From Eubacteriales bacterium (GTDB lineage: Bacteria; Bacillota; Clostridia; Oscillospirales; CAG-272): a DNA stretch of 64,000 nucleotides. Positions 57,969 through 64,000 of this stretch are shown here, piece after piece. The notes beneath the pieces were generated by a model. The model saw nothing but the letters and a program-made list of their open reading frames with translations. It was not told the origin of the DNA and made no database searches. The stretch spans positions 3,399-67,398 of the forward strand of contig JAZQWL010000010.1 in assembly GCA_045632305.1 (NCBI GenBank), given 5' to 3'. The position numbers and the translations under genes were made by a program. The first letter of the stretch is position 1; each line of letters begins with the position of its first letter.

Positions 57969-59732
57969 ATGATAAAAAGACTCGCGAAGTGTATTCGCGA
58001 ATACAAAAAGCCGTCGATTCTGACGCTTATTTTTATCGTGCTTGAGGTTATTATTGAAGTTCTCATACCGTTTATGGCGACGATTTTGATCGAGAAGGTT
58101 CAGATCGCTACCTCGGTGGGCGGAGATGCGGCTCGCGCGATGATAGGAGAAATAGTATTTTTGGGTGTTGTTCTTATTCTTATGGCGGCGGCATCGCTCA
58201 CGTGCGGCGGCGTTGCGGCAATGACCTGCGCCAAGGCATCGACGGGCTTTGCAAAGAATTTGAGACACGATATTTTTGAGAAGGTTCAGACCTTTTCGTT
58301 TGAGAACATAGACAGATTTTCGTCCACGTCTCTTGTGACTCGCCTTACGACCGACGTAGCCAACGTGCAGATGTCCTATATGATGATCATCCGTACGGCA
58401 ATAAGAGCGCCTCTTATGCTCATTTTTGCGATCATAATGGCGATCTTTGTAGGCGGTAAGCTCGCGTTCACGTTTGCGGTTATCGTTCCTTTCCTCACCT
58501 TCGGTCTTGTACTTGTGGCGCGTCTTGCGATGCCCGCATTCAGAAAGGTGTTCAAGAAGTACGATAAGCTCAACGAATCCGTTGAGGAAAACGTAAGAGG
58601 CATGAGAGTCGTTAAGGGATTCTCCCGTGAGGAGCATGAGATAGGCAAGTTCAAGAGAGCGGCAGACGATATTTGCGCAGATTTTACAAGAGCCGAGAGA
58701 ATCGTTGCTCTCAATACGCCCTTTATGCAGATATGCGCGTATTTTTCAATGATCTTCGTTACCTTCCTTGGCGCGAAGCTCGCAATTATAAACACCGACC
58801 TTGGCGGCGTTGCGACAATTTCCGCAATGCTTACGTACGGTATGCAGGTGCTTATTCAGCTTATGATGCTTTCCATGATATACGTAATTCTTACGATCTC
58901 TGCGGAGAGCGCAAAGAGAGTTTGCGAGGTGTTAGAGGAGGTTCCGTCTCTTTCTGATCCCAAAAACGCAATCGACGATGTCAAGGATGGCTCGATCGAC
59001 TTTGAATGCGTTAATTTCAAGTATGCCGAGGATGCAGAGGCGTTCTCGCTTGAGAAGGTGGATCTGCATATTGATTCGGGCATGACCGTCGGAATTATCG
59101 GCGGTACGGGAGCCAGCAAATCCACACTCGTTCAGCTTATCGCGCGTCTTTACGATGCGACCGAGGGCACAGTTAAGGTGGGCGGCGTTGACGTTCGCGA
59201 TTATAATATGGACACGCTTCGCAACGCGGTTGCCATGGTACTTCAGAAGAATCTTCTTTTCTCGGGCACTATCCGTGAAAATCTCAAGTGGGGTAATGAG
59301 GACGCAACCGACGAGGAGATAATCGAGGCGGCAAAGCTCGCTCAGGCGCACGATTTTGTAATGTCGTTCCCCGATGGCTATGATACGAAGATAGAGCAGG
59401 GCGGTACTAACGTTCCGGGCGGTCAGCGCCAGCGTCTTTGTATTGCCCGCGCGCTTCTCAAAAAGCCGAAAATTTTGATCCTTGACGACTCCACGAGCGC
59501 GGTCGATACAAAAACCGACGCGCTTATCCGCGGTGGATTCAGGTCATATATTCCCGAAACCACAAAGATCATTATCGCGCAGAGAATCGCGTCTGTTGAG
59601 GATGCGGATCTTATTCTCGTAATGGACAACGGCCGGGTTGTTTCGCGCGGAACTCACGATGAGCTTCTTGTATCCAGCGATATTTACCGCGAGGTATATG
59701 AGCAGCAGACGGGAGGTGCGGACAATGAGTAA
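57969..59732 (+). CDS. ABC exporter, fused permease/ATPase (heterodimer subunit 1)
   Basis: Six TM helices plus an NBD (GGTGASKST Walker A, VPGGQRQR signature, ILILDDSTS Walker B). ATG 57969 lies after AAGGAGA. Confidence 0.85.
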   Translation: MIKRLAKCIREYKKPSILTLIFIVLEVIIEVLIPFMATILIEKVQIATSVGGDAARAMIGEIVFLGVVLILMAAASLTCGGVAAMTCAKASTGFAKNLRHDIFEKVQTFSFENIDRFSSTSLVTRLTTDVANVQMSYMMIIRTAIRAPLMLIFAIIMAIFVGGKLAFTFAVIVPFLTFGLVLVARLAMPAFRKVFKKYDKLNESVEENVRGMRVVKGFSREEHEIGKFKRAADDICADFTRAERIVALNTPFMQICAYFSMIFVTFLGAKLAIINTDLGGVATISAMLTYGMQVLIQLMMLSMIYVILTISAESAKRVCEVLEEVPSLSDPKNAIDDVKDGSIDFECVNFKYAEDAEAFSLEKVDLHIDSGMTVGIIGGTGASKSTLVQLIARLYDATEGTVKVGGVDVRDYNMDTLRNAVAMVLQKNLLFSGTIRENLKWGNEDATDEEIIEAAKLAQAHDFVMSFPDGYDTKIEQGGTNVPGGQRQRLCIARALLKKPKILILDDSTSAVDTKTDALIRGGFRSYIPETTKIIIAQRIASVEDADLILVMDNGRVVSRGTHDELLVSSDIYREVYEQQTGGADNE

Positions 59733-61647
59733 GAAGATGCCTTCTATGGGCGGTAAGCCCAAGATGAATTTCTCGGCTCTCGGCAGGGTGCTCAAGCTCC
59801 TTTTCGGATTTTATCCCGTGCTGATGCCTTTGACTTGCGTATGTATTCTTCTGTCGGCGGGCGTGAGCGCAATGCCCGCGCTTTTCCAACAGAGAATATT
59901 TGCGGTGATCGATAAATTCGTAAAGAGCGGTGATACCTCGTGGGCTGCTGCAAAGGAAGAGATCCTTCCGCTTGTAATTACGCTTGCCTCACTTTACGTT
60001 ATAGCAATTATTCTGATTCTCATTCATACACAGCTTATGGCGTATATCACGCAGGGCTTCTTAAATAAGATGCGACACCGTATGTTCGAGAAGATGCAGA
60101 ATCTTCCTATCAGTTATTTTGACACTCACAAGCACGGCGATATCATGAGCTATTATACTAACGATATCGATACTCTCCGTATGCTTGTTTCTCAGTCTCT
60201 GCCTACGTTCATTCAGGCAGGAACGATCGTAATTACCGTATTCTTCATTATGATGTGGTACAGTATCTGGATGACGCTTATCATTTCTCTTGGCGTGTTT
60301 GCTATGATCATGGTATCAAAGAAGGTTGGCGGCGGCTCTGCCAAGTTCTTTATGCGTCAGCAGAAGTCCATTGCGGAGACCGAGGGATTTGTTCAGGAAA
60401 TGATGAACGGTCAGCGAGTTATCAAGGTATTCACCCATGAGGAGAAATGTCAGGAGGACTTTGATAAGATCAACGAGCAGCTCTGTGAGGACAGCTACAG
60501 AGCGCACGCGTACGCGAACTGCTTAGGTCCGATCATTATGAATATCGGTAACGTGCTTTACGTTATCTGCGCTATGGCGGGCGGTCTTTTCGTGCTTACG
60601 AACTGTCCTAATATTGCCATTTCGGGATTGCCCTTTACGATAGATATCGTTGTTCCTTTCCTTGGTATGACAAAGCAGTTTACAGGTAACGTAAACTCAC
60701 TTTCTCAGCAGATAAACTCCATCGTTATGTCGCTTGCGGGCGCGCAGAGAATCTTCACGCTTATGGATGAGATGCCCGAGGCGGACGAGGGATACGTAAC
60801 TCTCGTTAATGCAAGGGAGGACGAGAACGGTAACCTTTACGAGGTTCCCGAGCATACGGGTATCTGGGCTTGGAAGCATCCCCACCGTGACGGTACGCTC
60901 GATTACGTTCGTCTTCGCGGTGACGTTCGCATGGTTGACGTTGACTTCGGATATGAAGAGGGCAAGCAGGTGCTTTCTAACGTGTCGGTTTATGCCGAGC
61001 CCGGTCAGAAGGTTGCCTTCGTTGGCTCGACGGGTGCGGGCAAGACCACAATTACAAACCTTATCAACAGATTCTACGATATTGCCGACGGTAAGATCCG
61101 ATACGACGGCATCAATATCAACAAAATAAAGAAGAGCGATCTCCGTCGCTCGCTCGGTATAGTACTGCAGGAAACCAACCTCTTTACGGGAAGCGTTATG
61201 GACAATATCCGTTACGGTAATCTTGACGCGACGGACGAGGAATGTATCGCGGCGGCGAAGCTTGCGGGTGCAGATGACTTTATTACTCGCTTGCCCCACG
61301 GATATAATACCGAGCTTACAAATAACGGCGCAAATCTCTCCCAGGGACAGAGACAGCTCATCGCTATCGCACGCGCTGCGGTTGCAGATCCCCCCGTTAT
61401 GATCCTCGACGAAGCGACCTCCTCCATTGACACAAGAACCGAGGCGATCGTTCAGAGAGGTATGGATAAGCTCATGGAGGGCAGAACGGTATTCGTTATC
61501 GCTCACCGTCTTTCCACTATCATGAATTCCGACGTTATTATGGTTCTTGAAAAGGGACGGATAATTGAACGCGGCTCACACGAGAGCTTGCTTGATAAGA
61601 AGGGAACTTATTATCAGCTCTATACGGGCGCGTTTGAATTGGAGTAA
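59725..61647 (+). CDS. ABC exporter, fused permease/ATPase (heterodimer subunit 2)
   Basis: GSTGAGKTT Walker A, LSQGQRQL signature, MILDEATS Walker B. ATG 59725 overlaps the upstream stop, after GGGAGG. Confidence 0.85.
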   Translation: MSKKMPSMGGKPKMNFSALGRVLKLLFGFYPVLMPLTCVCILLSAGVSAMPALFQQRIFAVIDKFVKSGDTSWAAAKEEILPLVITLASLYVIAIILILIHTQLMAYITQGFLNKMRHRMFEKMQNLPISYFDTHKHGDIMSYYTNDIDTLRMLVSQSLPTFIQAGTIVITVFFIMMWYSIWMTLIISLGVFAMIMVSKKVGGGSAKFFMRQQKSIAETEGFVQEMMNGQRVIKVFTHEEKCQEDFDKINEQLCEDSYRAHAYANCLGPIIMNIGNVLYVICAMAGGLFVLTNCPNIAISGLPFTIDIVVPFLGMTKQFTGNVNSLSQQINSIVMSLAGAQRIFTLMDEMPEADEGYVTLVNAREDENGNLYEVPEHTGIWAWKHPHRDGTLDYVRLRGDVRMVDVDFGYEEGKQVLSNVSVYAEPGQKVAFVGSTGAGKTTITNLINRFYDIADGKIRYDGININKIKKSDLRRSLGIVLQETNLFTGSVMDNIRYGNLDATDEECIAAAKLAGADDFITRLPHGYNTELTNNGANLSQGQRQLIAIARAAVADPPVMILDEATSSIDTRTEAIVQRGMDKLMEGRTVFVIAHRLSTIMNSDVIMVLEKGRIIERGSHESLLDKKGTYYQLYTGAFELE

Positions 61648-61650
61648 GCT

Positions 61651-62235
61651 ATGCGTGACTTCGGCGTAAAGGTTTTTTGTTCCGCGATTCCCGAGGGTGA
61701 ATGTAATTTTGACGTTTATCCCGAGGAGAGAAGAGAAGAAATAAACTCCGTTCGGAACGGGCGGTTAAAAAAAGAAAAATTCCATGCCTGGAAGCTGCTT
61801 GAGATGGCGATTGAATCCCTCGGAATAAATTTCCGCGAGCTTGATTTTATAAAAAACGAAAACGGAAAATGGGTATGCGATAAGATTTGTTTTTCGCTTT
61901 CTCACACTGATCGCTTGGTTGCGGTTGCAGTGTCACAAAATGCGGTTGGAGTGGACATTGAGAAGGTATCTGACAGAGCGCAGAGAGTTGCAAAAAAGGT
62001 GTTTTCACAAAGCGAGCTTGATGCGTGTGACGGTGACGAGATCCTTTATACCACAAAGCTTTGGACACAGAAAGAGGCAATTTTCAAGACGCTTGACGAA
62101 GGGGTATTTTCTCCGCAGAGTATTGCAATTTCCGAGCATATTGTACAGACGCTTGAAATAGAGATCAACGGTGAAAAATACGTTATTTCTGTTGCGGGTG
62201 TCGGCGCGGAAAATGCAGAATTTTACAGTAAATAA
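61651..62235 (+). CDS. Sfp-type 4'-phosphopantetheinyl transferase
   Basis: FSLSHTDRLVAVAV, GVDIE and WTQKEAIFK motifs. Confidence 0.8.
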   Translation: MRDFGVKVFCSAIPEGECNFDVYPEERREEINSVRNGRLKKEKFHAWKLLEMAIESLGINFRELDFIKNENGKWVCDKICFSLSHTDRLVAVAVSQNAVGVDIEKVSDRAQRVAKKVFSQSELDACDGDEILYTTKLWTQKEAIFKTLDEGVFSPQSIAISEHIVQTLEIEINGEKYVISVAGVGAENAEFYSK

Positions 62236-62240
62236 AATTT

Positions 62241-62266
62241 ATGCCCGAGGCGATCGCCTCGGGCAT
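62241..62266 (+). terminator. hairpin (perfect 26-nt palindrome) after the PPTase gene
   Basis: ATGCCCGAGGCGATCGCCTCGGGCAT. The downstream U-tract is weak. Confidence 0.5.
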
Positions 62267-62273
62267 ATTCTTA

Positions 62274-62302
62274 TTGACATTTTAAAGGATTTGTGGTATA
62301 AT
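62274..62302 (+). promoter_or_regulatory. sigma-A promoter of the FTR-like/trxA pair
   Basis: TTGACA-17 nt-TATAAT with an extended -10 TG. Confidence 0.65.
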
Positions 62303-62336
62303 ATTTTTACAAATTTAAAGAAAGGACAGTACATTC

Positions 62337-62537
62337 ATGGCTATTAAAGTTAATCCTAATAAGGAAGTTGTTGATACAATAAGAGAAGGTCTCAAGAGAA
62401 CAGGCGGCTACTGCCCTTGCGTTCGCGAGCAGAGCGAGGATACAAAGTGTATGTGCAAGCAGTTCAAGGAGCAGATAAAGGACCCCGATTTCGAGGGCTA
62501 TTGTCATTGTATGCTTTATTACAAAACTAAAGATTAA
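62337..62537 (+). CDS. small ferredoxin-thioredoxin-reductase catalytic-subunit-like protein
   Basis: CPC...CMC...CHC cysteine pattern of the FTR beta-chain family. 66 aa. Confidence 0.65.
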   Translation: MAIKVNPNKEVVDTIREGLKRTGGYCPCVREQSEDTKCMCKQFKEQIKDPDFEGYCHCMLYYKTKD

Positions 62538-62548
62538 GGAGAAAATAT

Positions 62549-62854
62549 ATGGAGATCAAAATTACAAATGCTAATTTTCAGGCCGAGGTAATTGAATCCG
62601 ACAAGCCCGTGCTTATAGATTTTTACGCTACGTGGTGCGGCCCCTGTAAAATGATCGCCCCTTTTGTTGAGGAGATCGCAAACGAAAATCCCGACATTAA
62701 GGTTGGTAAGATCGACGTTGATGAGGAGGGCGCGCTTGCGACCGCCTTCGGAATCGTCAGCATCCCCACACTCGTTGTTGTAAAGGGTGGCGAGGTTGTG
62801 AACAAGGCAGTTGGTTACAGATCCAAGGATCAGATACTTAAGCTTTTGAAATAA
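62549..62854 (+). CDS. trxA: thioredoxin
   Basis: WCGPCK active site. 101 aa. Confidence 0.9.
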   Translation: MEIKITNANFQAEVIESDKPVLIDFYATWCGPCKMIAPFVEEIANENPDIKVGKIDVDEEGALATAFGIVSIPTLVVVKGGEVVNKAVGYRSKDQILKLLK

Positions 62855-62860
62855 AAAGTA

Positions 62861-62890
62861 GGGCGGGGGCTTGGCTCCCGCCGCTTTTTT
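62861..62890 (+). terminator. intrinsic terminator after trxA
   Basis: GGCGGGGGC/GCTCCCGCC stem followed by GCTTTTTT. Confidence 0.7.
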
Positions 62891-62907
62891 GCGTATTTTT
62901 GCACGAA

Positions 62908-63372
62908 TCATTAAAGCAAAAACACCGCATAGGCATTCGCCTACGCGGTATTTTTGGTCGAAGTGACACGATTCGAACTGAGATTTGTCGCGTCGCTTTC
63001 GCGACATCAAATGCTCCAAATCAAGAGAATGCAGGCATTCTCTTTGCAACAAAATCCAAATGGCTACCGCCGCCATTTGAATTTTCTGCACGTTCTCGCA
63101 TGTGTCATTAAAGCAAAAATACCGCGCAGGCATTCGCCTACGCGGTATTTTTGGTCGAAGTGACACGACTCGAACTGAGATTTGTCGCGTCGCTTCCGCG
63201 ACATCAAATGCTCCAAATCAAGAGAATGCAGACATTCTCTTTGCAACAAAATCCAAATGGCTACCGCCGCCATTTGAATTTTCTGCACGTTCTCGCATGT
63301 GTCATTAAAGCAAAAATACCGCGCAGGCATTCGCCTACGCGGTATTTTTGGTCGAAGTGACACGACTCGAAC
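62908..63372 (-). repeat. 197-bp tandem repeat (2 full units + 71-bp partial unit merging into tRNA-Pro). Each unit = ~125-nt hairpin-rich segment + last 24 nt of tRNA-Pro + terminator hairpin
   Basis: Unit starts at 62908, 63105 and 63302. Units A and B show about 6 mismatches. tRNA 3' fragments lie at 62955-62978 and 63152-63175. Terminator copies lie at 62917-62954, 63114-63151 and 63311-63348. Confidence 0.85.
63311..63348 (-). terminator. intrinsic terminator of tRNA-Pro
   Basis: Minus sense reads ATACCGCGTAGGC-GAAT-GCCTGCGCGGTAT followed by TTTTTG. The mismatch position is a G-U wobble only in minus sense. Confidence 0.7.
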
Positions 63373-63424
63373 GTGCAGCATCTTGCTCCCAAAGCAAGCG
63401 CGCTACCAATTGCGCCACACCTCG
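63349..63424 (-). tRNA. tRNA-Pro (anticodon UGG)
   Basis: Hand-folded 76-nt cloverleaf. Acceptor CGAGGTG/CACTTCG, D stem GCGC/GCGC, anticodon stem CTTGC/GCAAG with loop TTTGGGA, T arm GCACG-TTCGAGT-CGTGT, encoded CCA. Confidence 0.85.
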
Positions 63425-63439
63425 ATATTCAACTATGAT

Positions 63440-63468
63440 ATTATATCAAATATTTTTCAAATTGTCAA
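63440..63468 (-). promoter_or_regulatory. sigma-A promoter of tRNA-Pro
   Basis: Minus strand shows perfect TTGACA-17 nt-TATAAT, about 15 nt upstream of the tRNA 5' end. Confidence 0.7.
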
Positions 63469-63491
63469 CAACTTTCAAAATATTAATTATT

Positions 63492-63854
63492 TTATTTCCT
63501 TTTCGTTTTCGTCACCTCAAAGCTTGCATTTAAAAGAAATCTTACGATCTCATCGGGCGCGTCTTCGAGTATGATCGACACCCAGTGGAGCTTATTCATG
63601 TGGTATGCGGGATAGACTCCGTCGGTTGCATCGAATGATCCATGCATATCAAGGGGGAGCTTGACATTAACGACGTCAATTATTCTATTGCTGTTACCTA
63701 CAAGCTTGCTTTTCGGAACGCGCATACAGATACAGAACCACTTACGGCTATCCGTGTGGCGCATAACTGCAGTTTCAAAATCCTCTTCAAAGGGATAGTC
63801 GGGAAGTGTATTGTGGGTGCTTTTACAAATTTCAAAAAAATTATCGCGTGTCAT
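63492..63854 (-). CDS. MmcQ/YjbR-family DNA-binding protein
   Basis: PDYPFEEDFETAVMRH...KWF and HMNKLHWVSI motifs. 120 aa. Confidence 0.7.
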   Translation of the reverse strand: MTRDNFFEICKSTHNTLPDYPFEEDFETAVMRHTDSRKWFCICMRVPKSKLVGNSNRIIDVVNVKLPLDMHGSFDATDGVYPAYHMNKLHWVSIILEDAPDEIVRFLLNASFEVTKTKRK

Positions 63855-64000
63855 ATCGTCCTCGGTCTCGGTGAGTTTATGTATATATCATAACACAATT
63901 TTCGTTCAAAATCAACTTTCCACAGAAAAATGTTGCATTTTTGGAAAATTTGTGATATAATTACACGTGGAAAACTTATAAAAAGGAGTTTTTAGATATG

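Noticed and set aside
62908-63372. Possible CRISPR array.
   Set aside because: The period is 197 bp and the whole unit is repeated. There are no short repeats alternating with unique spacers and no cas genes.
62534-63381. Several 60-210 aa ORFs on both strands inside the 197-bp tandem repeat (repeated peptide ...PRRRMPARYFCFNDTCENVQK...).
   Set aside because: They exist only because the repeat happens to be open in some frames. They overlap trxA antisense, lack RBSs, and contain the tRNA fragment and terminator hairpins.
62855-64000. Genomic island or prophage integrated at tRNA-Pro.
   Set aside because: Direct repeats of the tRNA 3' end are present. But they bracket only 125-bp segments, and no integrase, excisionase or phage/ICE genes occur on either side within the window. 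Only a remnant or miniature-element interpretation is tenable.

Overview
This is a 64-kb chromosomal segment from a spore-forming Clostridia-type Firmicute. That assignment is inferred from gene content (spoVAC, SleC-like cortex lytic enzyme, AbrB-family regulator, cdaA-cdaR, SpoVB/MurJ-like flippase). I support about 58 protein genes, one tRNA-Pro(UGG), several near-consensus sigma-A promoters and many intrinsic terminators. Most of the window is housekeeping: rlmH, RNase J, ilvE, ppiB, mini-RNase III, AlaX, pncB, cdaA/cdaR, recJ, relA, dtd, hemZ-like, mtaD, asnS, ktrAB, an ABC exporter pair and trxA. It also holds a complete 8-gene shikimate/Phe/Tyr operon on the minus strand (43.7-51.8 kb). 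I see no integrase, transposase, CRISPR array or recognisable defence genes. Signals the gene list does not explain: (1) A 24-codon leader ORF with seven consecutive Tyr/Phe codons, a hairpin over those codons and a strong terminator just upstream of the aro operon. This looks like a ribosome-mediated attenuator, which is unusual for Firmicutes. (2) Two copies (about 16.5 kb and 52.2 kb) of a roughly 120-190 nt structured intergenic element with compensatory base changes in two helices. Each copy sits right behind a minus-strand housekeeping gene, and I do not recognise the family. (3) A 197-bp tandem array next to tRNA-Pro in which every unit carries the last 24 nt of the tRNA plus its terminator (att-like, CIME-like or a tandem sRNA array). 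(4) Two paralogous secreted proteins ending in a conserved GCGS + transmembrane helix + basic tail, which resembles a sorting signal, inside a 4-gene block of unknown function. (5) A lipoprotein whose motifs resemble GT80 sialyltransferases. All coordinates of small motifs were counted by hand and may be off by 1-2 nt. All family assignments come from motif recognition and memory, not from searches.
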